Origin: a virus
Taxonomy: Duplodnaviria; Heunggongvirae; Uroviricota; Caudoviricetes
Direction: 5' to 3' (one strand)
Virus record (IMG/VR): IMGVR_UViG_3300037418_001222
DNA length: 64,000 nucleotides
Both the position numbers and the translations under genes were made by a program. The notes under the pieces are model-generated. The model was not told the origin of the DNA. It searched no databases and was given only the letters and a program-made list of their open reading frames with translations. Positions 6,088 to 14,782 of the stretch are shown piece by piece; position 1 is the first letter of the stretch, and the number at the start of each line of letters is the position of its first letter.

Positions 6088-6271
6088 GTCTAGGTCCCTT
6101 GTGAGCGTACGAACCTTTCAGTTCTTCAAGAGTTCCTACTACGTAATTCGACTTGTTTACGGGAACAGTCAAGAATTGTTTCTTTGGTTCTCCATGATCG
6201 AGACAAGTTCTATAACCTAGAGCAAATCTAGCATTGGAGAATTCATCTCCACATACGATACAGCAAGGCAT
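6083..6271 (-). CDS. Small Zn-finger-like hypothetical protein
   Basis: CIVC...CLDH motif. Confidence 0.7.
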   Translation of the reverse strand: MPCCIVCGDEFSNARFALGYRTCLDHGEPKKQFLTVPVNKSNYVVGTLEELKGSYAHKGPRL

Positions 6272-6708
6272 TATTTTAAGATAGGAATAAACACTGGAGT
6301 AGAAGCGAACTCACCAGTCTTGATATCAATATCTCCCTTGAAGTATCCGACGCAAGTAGAATCACGAGCTAACTTTCCTGCTCCTTCTGAATACCACTTC
6401 GAAAACCAAGGGTAATTCGGATCTAGATATACGTTGCAAACTATTACTTTAGTGCTAGAAGCCGGTCTTATTCTAACGTTCCTAGCTTTAGAAATACCAG
6501 ACCAAGAGAAAGATTGGTAAACCTTGGGAGTGTTCTTCTCCTCTGCTTCGGAGAGTGGTTCACTCTTTCCGAAAGAGTAGTGCTCTACGACAAGTGGGTA
6601 TTCATATTCACAACTAAGGACGCAGAGTATCTTTCCTCTGCGATATGTGACATCATTATAAACTTCTACTTCATCACCAGCTTTAAATTCACTCATTCTA
6701 TTCTCCAT
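6271..6708 (-). CDS. Hypothetical protein, 145 aa
   Basis: ORF track; stop/start coupled to both neighbours. Confidence 0.7.
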   Translation of the reverse strand: MENRMSEFKAGDEVEVYNDVTYRRGKILCVLSCEYEYPLVVEHYSFGKSEPLSEAEEKNTPKVYQSFSWSGISKARNVRIRPASSTKVIVCNVYLDPNYPWFSKWYSEGAGKLARDSTCVGYFKGDIDIKTGEFASTPVFIPILK

Positions 6709-6890
6709 TACAAATCTGGTTCAATCAAAACTACACGAATATCTGGGTTGTCTCTATATTGATCTGAGAGAGTTCTGTATTCGTGATAAGCGGTATTTGA
6801 ATCCTCGAATTCAAGATGATCAAGAAGAATGCCTCGAAAGTCCTTAACTTCTACAATGTATTCTAGGTCCACCGGAAGCTCCGCTATCAT
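6708..6890 (-). CDS. Hypothetical protein, 60 aa
   Basis: ORF track; directly downstream of a promoter. Confidence 0.7.
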   Translation of the reverse strand: MIAELPVDLEYIVEVKDFRGILLDHLEFEDSNTAYHEYRTLSDQYRDNPDIRVVLIEPDL

Positions 6891-6901
6891 TATTTAAGTA
6901 T

Positions 6902-6930
6902 AATATAACACGGAGCCTGAAAAATGTCAA
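6902..6930 (-). promoter_or_regulatory. sigma70-type promoter with extended -10
   Basis: TTGACA-17 nt-TATATT, with TG upstream of the -10. Confidence 0.7.
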
Positions 6931-6953
6931 GGAATTTTAGTCACTAGTCGATA

Positions 6954-7346
6954 CTATACTCGTTTCTTCCCGATAGAATACTTTGAGATTAAATTCCAGT
7001 CTTTCTTGTCCTTGAATGGAAGTATCTTGATTTGAGATAGAGGAGCAGACTGAAGCTCCTGAGTTCCAACAATCGAAACTAATCCCCATTCATGTAGGAG
7101 AAGCGTGATAGCATTTCTACGTAGTTTATCTTCTTCGGTAAAGTCAGTTACCTTACCATCAAGAGCAAATAGCTCTTTGAAATGCACAATAAAATAGCGT
7201 CCTTGTTTATGAAGGATGTGACACGATTGATAGAGTTTCTTCTCTTTCTTTGAGGCAATACCAATACGCGTTAGTGTCTCTTTGATCTTGAGGAAGTCTT
7301 CGTCATTCTTTAACTTGACTTCGATAAATGTATCTACTAGGCTCAT
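6954..7346 (-). CDS. regA: RegA translational repressor
   Basis: FLKIKETLTRIGIAS...LYQSCHILHKQGRYFIVHFKELFALDG signature. Confidence 0.97.
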   Translation of the reverse strand: MSLVDTFIEVKLKNDEDFLKIKETLTRIGIASKKEKKLYQSCHILHKQGRYFIVHFKELFALDGKVTDFTEEDKLRRNAITLLLHEWGLVSIVGTQELQSAPLSQIKILPFKDKKDWNLISKYSIGKKRV

Positions 7347-7729
7347 CTGCCACCCTTTTCAATCTTTTGTTTTATTTGTTCTATCTGTTGGGTGGAAAGA
7401 ACTGTTAGAGCTTGTTGTGCCTTCTTGTATCCATAACCAAAATACTCTTTGACAGCTTCAAGATCACTATCTTCCCTACTCTTAGACCACTTGGAAAATC
7501 TCTTTCGTGGTCTAATACTATTTATTAGATAGTCGAACTGAAGAAGTGACTCTAGATGAGCTAACCTATTCATCTCATTGGCATAAAATAATGTATCAGG
7601 AAAGTATGATAATCCTCGATTAACCATATAAGCAGAGTATCCCTTCTCCATCTGCTCCGGATCATCGGATTCTCTGATTATATCGGTGTTCGAATTAATG
7701 GCAGTGATATAGTCGAAGGGATTAGACAT
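7343..7729 (-). CDS. gp62: Clamp loader small subunit
   Basis: YSAYMVNRGLSYFPDT...ANEMN...QFDYLINSIRPRKRFSKW; lies between gp44 and regA. Confidence 0.93.
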   Translation of the reverse strand: MSNPFDYITAINSNTDIIRESDDPEQMEKGYSAYMVNRGLSYFPDTLFYANEMNRLAHLESLLQFDYLINSIRPRKRFSKWSKSREDSDLEAVKEYFGYGYKKAQQALTVLSTQQIEQIKQKIEKGGR

Positions 7730-8671
7730 TTACGCAATCTCACAATCCACCATAATCTCAACCATGCACGCAGCTAGGTTAATCTCAGGGTCAGCACAAA
7801 AGGCGGCCTGATACTGATACTTTCCAAGGATCAAAACGAGCTGAGGAATAGATCCTGACTTGAAGTATTGGACCGCATTATCATAGAAGTTTCTATAAAT
7901 CGTATTCTGATCTGCATCAGAGTTCTGACCAATCCACTTACGAACATTCGTGAAGTCCTTCTCTCTCATGAATGAGATGAGGTCCTTAAGTGAGACCTCT
8001 TGAAGGTTTGATAGAATACCAGAATCGATCTTTCCATTAGAAGCATACCTCTGTAGTTCATTCAGAACTCTACGCCAATCTGGAAAATGCTTGGTGATTA
8101 CTTCTGCAACCACCTTCTCGTCATATTGGATATTCTCTGCTTCGAGGATAATCTTAACTCGCTCGAAGAACTGACCAGCTAACTTTGCCATATCCTTCTT
8201 AGCGATCTTGAAGTCAATTACCGAACACCTCGAGTGAAGTGGAGCAATCAGTCGATTCTTGAAGTTACAAGTAAGAATGAACCCACAGTTCCTCGAGAAC
8301 TCTTCCATGAAGTTACGAAGAGCTGGCTGAGTGGAATTTGCGTTTAGATAGTCGGCTTCATCGAGAATAACATACTTTCTTCCTCCCATCAGAGATACTG
8401 ATGAGGCAAAGTTTAGGATCTCATTTCGAAGAGTATCAATGTTGCCATTAAGTGAACCATTGATCACGATGTAATCGCAGTCTAGTTCCTCGAGCATAGC
8501 CCTGGCTATGGTTGTCTTTCCTACCCCAGCCGATCCAGCTAGGATAAGATTAGGAATGTTCTTTTGATCTACGAATTTTTGAAATGTATTTTTCAAATCA
8601 ACCGGAAGAATAGTCTCTTCTACGGTCTTTGGTCGATAACGCTCGACCCAGAGAGGATTGTCCTCTTGCAT
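7730..8671 (-). CDS. gp44: Clamp loader large subunit (AAA+)
   Basis: LWVERYRP, GSAGVGKTT, ILDEAD, SRC motifs; start moved to the ATG at 8671 (GGAG SD). Confidence 0.97.
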   Translation of the reverse strand: MQEDNPLWVERYRPKTVEETILPVDLKNTFQKFVDQKNIPNLILAGSAGVGKTTIARAMLEELDCDYIVINGSLNGNIDTLRNEILNFASSVSLMGGRKYVILDEADYLNANSTQPALRNFMEEFSRNCGFILTCNFKNRLIAPLHSRCSVIDFKIAKKDMAKLAGQFFERVKIILEAENIQYDEKVVAEVITKHFPDWRRVLNELQRYASNGKIDSGILSNLQEVSLKDLISFMREKDFTNVRKWIGQNSDADQNTIYRNFYDNAVQYFKSGSIPQLVLILGKYQYQAAFCADPEINLAACMVEIMVDCEIA

Positions 8672-8686
8672 CAATTTCTCCATAAT

Positions 8687-8735
8687 AAAATAAGAAAGGG
8701 AGTACAATAGGCTCTGCAGTCACTACTGTACTCCC
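8687..8735 (-). terminator. Intrinsic terminator/attenuator between gp45 and gp44
   Basis: 13-bp stem GGGAGTACAGTAG/CTATTGTACTCCC followed by TTTCTTATTTT. Confidence 0.7.
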
Positions 8736-8767
8736 ACTGTTCTGACTGGGACGTCTGAACAGCTAGC

Positions 8768-8875
8768 TCAGGCTGTCGCCTTGAGCTTAGTCCAACGTTT
8801 GATGTTTCTTTTCTTAGTACATCTATTTCCTGCTCCAGTTTTCCTGAAGCGAATACATCTAAAACATTTACACAT
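8768..8875 (-). CDS. Basic Cys-rich 35-aa peptide (MCKCFRCIRFRKTGAGNRCTKKRNIKRWTKLKATA)
   Basis: Read manually; ATG overlaps the gp45 stop (TAATG). Confidence 0.4.
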   Translation of the reverse strand: MCKCFRCIRFRKTGAGNRCTKKRNIKRWTKLKATA

Positions 8876-9528
8876 TAGTTGAATTTTGAGTTGGCTTCAA
8901 CTGCCACGTAATACTCAAGATCTTTAGACTTGAATCGAGAGATGACTGGAGTAATATCTACAGTATAGGTGTCTGGAAGCAGACGGATATTTTCTGCCTT
9001 AAAGTAGACCGTGAAGTTCTTATCGGTATCTCCAACTTCCACAGCATATGAATCTGAAGTTGGATCTTTAGAATTTACCGTCTGAACTGATACTACAGAT
9101 CCATCTCCAACAATAGCAATCTCTGGTTGGCGAAGAACGCCAAGTGCCTTAGTCACTCCACTCAAAACTTCAGAAGTGAGTTCGAAAGTTACGTCAGATG
9201 GTGGGAAATTGATCGAATCACTCTTTGGAACTACGATTGAATTCACATCGGCAAATACATAGTTTACCTTCTTCCTACCAGAAGAGATCTGAAGTGACTT
9301 ATCTCCGATAGAGAGTTCTGGATCATCAAATAGACTCAAGACGGATAGTAACTTGCTCAAGTCATAGATAGCGAATTGAGATGGAAACTCTTGTTCAAGA
9401 GTTGCTTTAGCGAAAATCGTCTTAGTTGGAGTAATCGTGGTGATTACATTACCAGGCTTAAATAGAATGCTCGGATTAATCGAGGAAAAATTCTTCAGAA
9501 CCTGAAGAGTACGCTGGTCAAGTTTCAT
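8875..9528 (-). CDS. gp45: Sliding clamp
   Basis: MKL...TLQVLKNFSSINPSI...FAIYDLSKLLSVLSLF...YYVAVE. Confidence 0.96.
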   Translation of the reverse strand: MKLDQRTLQVLKNFSSINPSILFKPGNVITTITPTKTIFAKATLEQEFPSQFAIYDLSKLLSVLSLFDDPELSIGDKSLQISSGRKKVNYVFADVNSIVVPKSDSINFPPSDVTFELTSEVLSGVTKALGVLRQPEIAIVGDGSVVSVQTVNSKDPTSDSYAVEVGDTDKNFTVYFKAENIRLLPDTYTVDITPVISRFKSKDLEYYVAVEANSKFN

Positions 9529-9530
9529 AA

Positions 9531-9827
9531 TTAAATTTCAACCCTATCTTTATCTTCTGATGGTCGTACACGGTACTTAACGTCCTTGTAGAGTCCACCA
9601 AAGTGTTGTTCAAAGCTGACCTTAATGAATGGTCTATCTGTTTCATGAGGATTAGGGTTGGCAACTGTAACGTAACCCTTCTTACCCTTCTTCCACGCCT
9701 CAAGCTTATTGAGGTATTTGTCGAGTTCAGAACGCCCATCTCTAACTAGACGAACAGTAGTTCTGGAAATCGATTGGCGCTGCCCCTTGGAAGTCTTCTT
9801 GGAACGGCACCTAACTTTCTTACCCAT
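9531..9827 (-). CDS. Conserved T4-like hypothetical protein, basic
   Basis: TSKGQR...NKLEAWKKGK...VANPNP..TDRPFIKV pattern; start moved to the ATG at 9827 (GGAG SD). Confidence 0.75.
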   Translation of the reverse strand: MGKKVRCRSKKTSKGQRQSISRTTVRLVRDGRSELDKYLNKLEAWKKGKKGYVTVANPNPHETDRPFIKVSFEQHFGGLYKDVKYRVRPSEDKDRVEI

Positions 9828-9860
9828 TGTATTATTATCACTCCACTTAGTTAATACATT

Positions 9861-9889
9861 ATTATATTTCAAAGTTCTACAAATGTCAA
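9861..9889 (-). promoter_or_regulatory. Perfect-consensus sigma70 promoter for the gp45-44-62-regA operon
   Basis: TTGACA-17 nt-TATAAT. Confidence 0.85.
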
Positions 9890-10765
9890 TTATTTCTTGG
9901 TCTTCTTCTTAAGCTTTTGAAGATCTTGAGCAGAAGCGGTAGCCGGAGCTCCAATAGCGCCAAGAGCTCTTAAGCTACCTCCAAAGACATACGAACCAAC
10001 ATGCGCCATCTGCATCCATGGACAAATATAAACGGTTCCACCCATCTTTCTTACATATTGACAAAACATATAGTCTTCAGAAAGATATCGCTTCGTATCT
10101 GGATCAATCACGGTGTCGAAGAAAGCATGAATCTCTCGTGATCCGTCAAAGTGTTCAGTTCTGACGTGATCCGGTTTATATGAAAACTCAGGATAGTGTT
10201 CTCTAAACCTTTCTAGAACATCTCTCTTGAGCATCATAAAGCCCGTTCCAATTTCCGCAACTTCAGTAGGTTCATCGATCTTAATCTCATTCTTTCCTGA
10301 GACTGGATTTAGAACATAGTCACCCACAAAATTCTCTAGAACGCGAGGATCCTGATCGGCCACTCCCTTATCTACAGCTAGCTTGATTTTCTCCCATGAG
10401 ATACACTTCTTAGGATATGGACCACCAATGACGTCTATGTCTGGTCTATTAATCATGATAGCGAGCAGTGCTAAGACATCGTTTGGAGCGAATCCAATAT
10501 CGGAATCGATAAACATCAAGTGAGTACAATCAGAGCGTAGGAACTCATCGCAACAATAGTTCCTAGCTCTGGTTATTAGTGACTCATTGAACATGAAGTA
10601 GAATTGAAGTTGAACTCCATTAGCTAGAGCAGTATTCGTCAAGTCTGCTATAGACTTGCAGAACATTCCAGCGCACTGCCCTCCATACATCGGAGTAGCA
10701 ATCATTATCTTACAACTTCGTAGCTTTTCAGCGTCTACTGAAATTTGAACTCCCGGCTGACTCAT
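9890..10765 (-). CDS. Putative GT-A fold glycosyltransferase
   Basis: IATPMYGG...NESLITRARN...HLMFIDSDIGF...IGTGFMMLKR...LSEDYMFC. Confidence 0.75.
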   Translation of the reverse strand: MSQPGVQISVDAEKLRSCKIMIATPMYGGQCAGMFCKSIADLTNTALANGVQLQFYFMFNESLITRARNYCCDEFLRSDCTHLMFIDSDIGFAPNDVLALLAIMINRPDIDVIGGPYPKKCISWEKIKLAVDKGVADQDPRVLENFVGDYVLNPVSGKNEIKIDEPTEVAEIGTGFMMLKRDVLERFREHYPEFSYKPDHVRTEHFDGSREIHAFFDTVIDPDTKRYLSEDYMFCQYVRKMGGTVYICPWMQMAHVGSYVFGGSLRALGAIGAPATASAQDLQKLKKKTKK

Positions 10766-11376
10766 TACTTCTTCTTTGTAGCTCTCTTTTGATCTTCAGA
10801 TGTGAAGTTAGTTCTTGCTCCAGTAGAAGCATATGAACAAGTCATCGTAGACAAGTTATTAAGTTCAGCCTGATAGTTTCCAAGACCAATATTCAATGAC
10901 TTTGTAGCTGCAAGACCAATTCCACGAGCTTGATCATGAACATTATCAAAGTTAGCTCCTAGGAAGACTACCTCCCAGTTACGATCTTCTGCTCTAGCGA
11001 GTTTCTCTTGGATAACTTGCTTGTTATACTTCCTTGAAGAATTCTCTTCACCATCAGTCATGATCACAATATAAGCACGATCTGGACTCTCGGAAAATGC
11101 TAGGTCGAGTAGCTGAGCAAGAGAATCAAGAAGAGGAGTTCCACCGCCAGGTGATACTTCTTCATTAGTTACCTTAGAAAATGATTCCGCGGGTTCATTC
11201 CTTAGAACCTTATAGTCACTTTCTGTATTCCATCCAAAAGCAGAACCACTAAATGCTGCAAGATATACAGCAGTTTCTGGTGGTAAGTTCTGAACGTATC
11301 CATTAATGGCGCCTAGTGTATCTGACCACTGGGTAGCCATTGAACCTGATTTGTCTAAAAGAATATAGACCTTCAT
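10765..11376 (-). CDS. vWA domain protein
   Basis: ILLDKSGSM, GGTPLLD, IVIMTDGEENSS. Confidence 0.85.
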   Translation of the reverse strand: MKVYILLDKSGSMATQWSDTLGAINGYVQNLPPETAVYLAAFSGSAFGWNTESDYKVLRNEPAESFSKVTNEEVSPGGGTPLLDSLAQLLDLAFSESPDRAYIVIMTDGEENSSRKYNKQVIQEKLARAEDRNWEVVFLGANFDNVHDQARGIGLAATKSLNIGLGNYQAELNNLSTMTCSYASTGARTNFTSEDQKRATKKK

Positions 11377-11378
11377 TA

Positions 11379-11732
11379 TTATTCCTCTTCTGAGTTGAAA
11401 TGATCATGGACGTATAACATCATGATGGCATAGTGACAGACTTTAAGAATGTCTGCTCTGTTCTTACCACCCTTCTTACCATATCGCTGAGCATACTTGA
11501 TGATATTCCCGATGGTGAAACCCTCACCATGTCCGGCGTCCATGATGAATTCTGTAGATTGGATTTTGGAGAGGGAATAGTGTTGATTGTACGTAGATGA
11601 AATGTACGTTAGAAGTTCCTGTAAATATAGATCTTCTTTAAATTTGTATTGTACTGGAATCTGTACAGTATTATCAAGAACACCATTAGAAGTAACCGTG
11701 TTCTCTAAAAGAGATTCTGAAGTATTGTCCAT
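11379..11732 (-). CDS. DUF3310-like protein (T4 61.1 / nucleotide-kinase-associated family)
   Basis: HY...GEGFTIGNIIKYAQRYGKKGG.NRADILK..HYA. Confidence 0.7.
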   Translation of the reverse strand: MDNTSESLLENTVTSNGVLDNTVQIPVQYKFKEDLYLQELLTYISSTYNQHYSLSKIQSTEFIMDAGHGEGFTIGNIIKYAQRYGKKGGKNRADILKVCHYAIMMLYVHDHFNSEEE

Positions 11733-11750
11733 AATAACTTTCTATTTATC

Positions 11751-12974
11751 TTACGCGAAGAAGTCCACTATTGTTTTAGAAGACTTCTCCTCCCAAATTT
11801 CATGTGTCTGGTGAGCATTCACTTGGTAGGTGTAGTTAGAATCAAGATAAGGTCTATTTCCGAGTAGGACTTCATTCACCTCTACAGCCATGTCCTTAGC
11901 TGTCTTCACTGGAACATTTTGACAGATATGATTAGCCGACTTCTTTGGATTTAGAAGTTCGAAATCGAGAGGCATGCCCATGATGGAGAGAGCTTCTCTG
12001 TAGTTGATGTACCTGTCGTGGTCCGGATGGGTGAGCATTGATGGGTAATGACCGACAAATGCACCGATAAAGTCCTTGGGGACGATGGTACCTCTGCGCA
12101 TGACGTTACCACCAGCAGCAAGCTTAGAATACTTATACTTACACTTTTCGACTTCTTTATCATATCCATGTTTCTCTAACCATGCGCCGACCTGCTTATA
12201 ATCATGTCCCTGTTGTTCGATGAATGAGAATGTATCATTAGATCTAACTTTCAGAAACTCCATCTTCTCATGAGAGAACTGACGATGAGTTAAACCACCA
12301 AACATCTCTTCAAGAATATATCTGTAATATGGATCGTCTTTTGATGGAGTCTTTGGATTGATAGGCTCCTGCATTGTATTGGACTTAGCATCACGAATTA
12401 CATCCTCAATCTTCTTCCAAGGACGATTATAATACCCAAGGAGTGGAGTCTTATTTCCCTTCCAGAAGAAATAGAATGTGCGTTCTCTTGTTTGAGCTGT
12501 TCCATGTAGAAGAGATCTAGTTCTATATACGGTCATAGAATAACCGTTATCGAGTCCAATCTTTCTTACTTGATTCCTGATATCTGCTCCAATTTTTCCA
12601 GCAAACCCTGGTGCATTTTCCCCCCAGAAAACATCTGGTTTGAGTTCTCCTAGGACATATTGGGCAGACCTAACCATCCACTGATTGTTTTGGTTGTGAG
12701 TGCCGAACCCGTGGCTAAGCTGACTAAGACCAGCGCAAGGACAGGTGGTGTTGACCACAGTAACTTTCCTAGCAGGACGCTCACCACGGTCAATATAGTG
12801 ATAAGGAAGATCAACACCACGCTGCTCACGATAATAATTGATAAGATGCGATTCATTGGCTTGAAAACCTTCATACGTCATTAAATATTCAGGTGGAGAT
12901 CCATTGGCCTCCTCCTGAGCTAAAGTCATTCCTCCGATTAATGGAATAATTGATGCGTGTGTAATATCATTCAT
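11751..12974 (-). CDS. DNA cytosine-C5 methyltransferase homologue with degenerate SAM-binding motifs
   Basis: Catalytic TCPCAGLS (IV), GENAP (VI), QTRER (VIII) and YREALSIMGMP (IX) are present; motif I reads SIIPLIGG and motif X reads ICQNV. Confidence 0.8.
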   Translation of the reverse strand: MNDITHASIIPLIGGMTLAQEEANGSPPEYLMTYEGFQANESHLINYYREQRGVDLPYHYIDRGERPARKVTVVNTTCPCAGLSQLSHGFGTHNQNNQWMVRSAQYVLGELKPDVFWGENAPGFAGKIGADIRNQVRKIGLDNGYSMTVYRTRSLLHGTAQTRERTFYFFWKGNKTPLLGYYNRPWKKIEDVIRDAKSNTMQEPINPKTPSKDDPYYRYILEEMFGGLTHRQFSHEKMEFLKVRSNDTFSFIEQQGHDYKQVGAWLEKHGYDKEVEKCKYKYSKLAAGGNVMRRGTIVPKDFIGAFVGHYPSMLTHPDHDRYINYREALSIMGMPLDFELLNPKKSANHICQNVPVKTAKDMAVEVNEVLLGNRPYLDSNYTYQVNAHQTHEIWEEKSSKTIVDFFA

Positions 12975-13060
12975 TAGTCTACGTCAAACCACACAATAGC
13001 TTTATCAAATAAAGCCCAGAATAGTAAAGTGAATGCAACAATTACTAAGAATAAAAGCAT
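12974..13060 (-). CDS. 28-aa hydrophobic peptide (MLLFLVIVAFTLLFWALFDKAIVWFDVD)
   Basis: Read manually; TAATG-coupled at both ends. Confidence 0.55.
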   Translation of the reverse strand: MLLFLVIVAFTLLFWALFDKAIVWFDVD

Positions 13061-14214
13061 TAGAAGAAACTCTCCAAGGAGGCTGAAGGTGGAAGTACTG
13101 GATGGGCTGGAAGACCCTGCTTCTTGGGATCTTTGATTTGAGTAGTATTATACTCTACACCATTCCAGTGTGGATAGGACATTCGTGATAAGTGAACTGA
13201 ATTCTTATACTCCATTGCATGGAGATCTAGTTCACCCTTCTTATTTAGTAAGTATTCTGTCCACCTAATAAATCTAACTGGAATATGAGGATTAAGTTTA
13301 CATAAACCTTCGATTCGATTATTGAATACTTTTCGAGCATTCATCCTCTCCTCCCAAGATCCCCAGAACGGTTTCTTCATAAACATGCCAGACTGTGGTA
13401 ACTTACGAGCTTCTTCCTCACATGGAAGTAATTCATAGATTCCAACGCTCCTAAGATTTACAAATTTACCAGAAGAAAACAGTTCACACGCTGCAGTATA
13501 ATAATCGAGGGATAAATCAGAAGGAGTTGGCCAAAGATCTGTTCCTTCTTTAGTCTCTGTTCGACAGAAGTGATGTCTTAGATCGATGTTTCCAAAATAT
13601 AATTCTACATTCTCCACCTGATCATGAGAATCATATGGATCCATGATAAATGATTCTAGTCCTGATTTAAGAGCTCCACGAAGCGTCTTATAAGGAACTG
13701 AATTAACAGTCCAACCAGGCCGGTACATACAGATAGAATGGCTATCGCCAATAACAATATTGGGAGTGACATTTGGATACCTCAATACTTCTGAAGACTC
13801 CATCCTCTTAAGATTATCCCAGTCAATCTCCTCGAATTCTGGTTTTGGAGTTCTTCCGTTTCCTTTATCTTGAGCGAGTTTCTCTTGTAGTTGTTGGTGA
13901 TAGTTAGGAAATGGTATTCCCAACGAAATAACTTCACCTTTAAATAGAGTTAAGTTTCTAAAGTTCCAAGCATATGGAAATCCTTCGGTTCCTCCATATA
14001 GATTAAGTCCACCAGACCAGTCATTACCATGATATACATAGACCTTATCGAACTCGTTAAAGTCATAGCATACGTGACCTCCGAAATTTACTACAACCTC
14101 ATCTCCGGTCGCCTGTTTAATCATATCAGCATAGATGACTCCCTGAGCTGCTCTATGTGATGCCATGAAGATGGCGATAGGAATAAACGGTGCTACTACT
14201 AAAGATCTTGCCAA
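13060..14214 (-). CDS. Protein with an SGNH/GDSL-like C-terminal domain
   Basis: VIGDSHS (block I), FGNID (block III), SVHL (block V); ends SASLESFF. Confidence 0.6.
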   Translation of the reverse strand: MARSLVVAPFIPIAIFMASHRAAQGVIYADMIKQATGDEVVVNFGGHVCYDFNEFDKVYVYHGNDWSGGLNLYGGTEGFPYAWNFRNLTLFKGEVISLGIPFPNYHQQLQEKLAQDKGNGRTPKPEFEEIDWDNLKRMESSEVLRYPNVTPNIVIGDSHSICMYRPGWTVNSVPYKTLRGALKSGLESFIMDPYDSHDQVENVELYFGNIDLRHHFCRTETKEGTDLWPTPSDLSLDYYTAACELFSSGKFVNLRSVGIYELLPCEEEARKLPQSGMFMKKPFWGSWEERMNARKVFNNRIEGLCKLNPHIPVRFIRWTEYLLNKKGELDLHAMEYKNSVHLSRMSYPHWNGVEYNTTQIKDPKKQGLPAHPVLPPSASLESFF

Positions 14215-14534
14215 GAGTCACCAATCCTTCTAGTCTCAAATGGAACTTTATTGACCTGATATACGTGATGAGCGGCTATCATTCCTCCTGACCACCCAAG
14301 GTCAGTATAGAATACAGCTTTATCTGCTACTCTAGACCAAGCGAGCCCCGCATCAATTCCTATTCTTCTCTCCTTAGGAATATCATCTCTAAGAATTCCT
14401 GGTTGAGTATATAGCAAATGAGATGCGATTGGAGCCTCTCCTCGAAGAATAGAGTCTCTTACACATCCTCTAGCATATTTTGTATTACGCTCAATGTTCC
14501 CTTTGTAAGGACTCTCAATTATCACGAGTTTCAT
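14199..14534 (-). CDS. DUF4406/DUF7768-like protein (nucleoside deoxyribosyltransferase-like fold)
   Basis: IESPY.G..ERN..YAR...RGEAPIASHLLYTQ...G.SGGM; start moved to the ATG at 14534 (ATGA overlap). Confidence 0.65.
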   Translation of the reverse strand: MKLVIIESPYKGNIERNTKYARGCVRDSILRGEAPIASHLLYTQPGILRDDIPKERRIGIDAGLAWSRVADKAVFYTDLGWSGGMIAAHHVYQVNKVPFETRRIGDSWQDL

Positions 14535-14782
14535 TCTGATTCTACTGGATATTCCGTAATAATAGCCACTTTGGCTCCACACTTAATGACTGGGTTTCCA
14601 TCTCTTGTCGAGATGATTCGAGCTACCGTATTACCATCTTTATCTTTGATAGCTATGGCGTGAGCTCTCTTGGTGACTTTACCAGAGGGAGTATTGCTTA
14701 CCCTAATTGCCGGATCGGGGTTCTGCCAATTCTTCTTGTTGTTTGAAGCGATTACATTCTTACATACTGAAATATAGTTCAA
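14531..14782 (-). CDS. Conserved phage hypothetical protein, 83 aa
   Basis: N..K...P.I.V...CGAKVAIIT pattern. Confidence 0.7.
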   Translation of the reverse strand: MNYISVCKNVIASNNKKNWQNPDPAIRVSNTPSGKVTKRAHAIAIKDKDGNTVARIISTRDGNPVIKCGAKVAIITEYPVESE

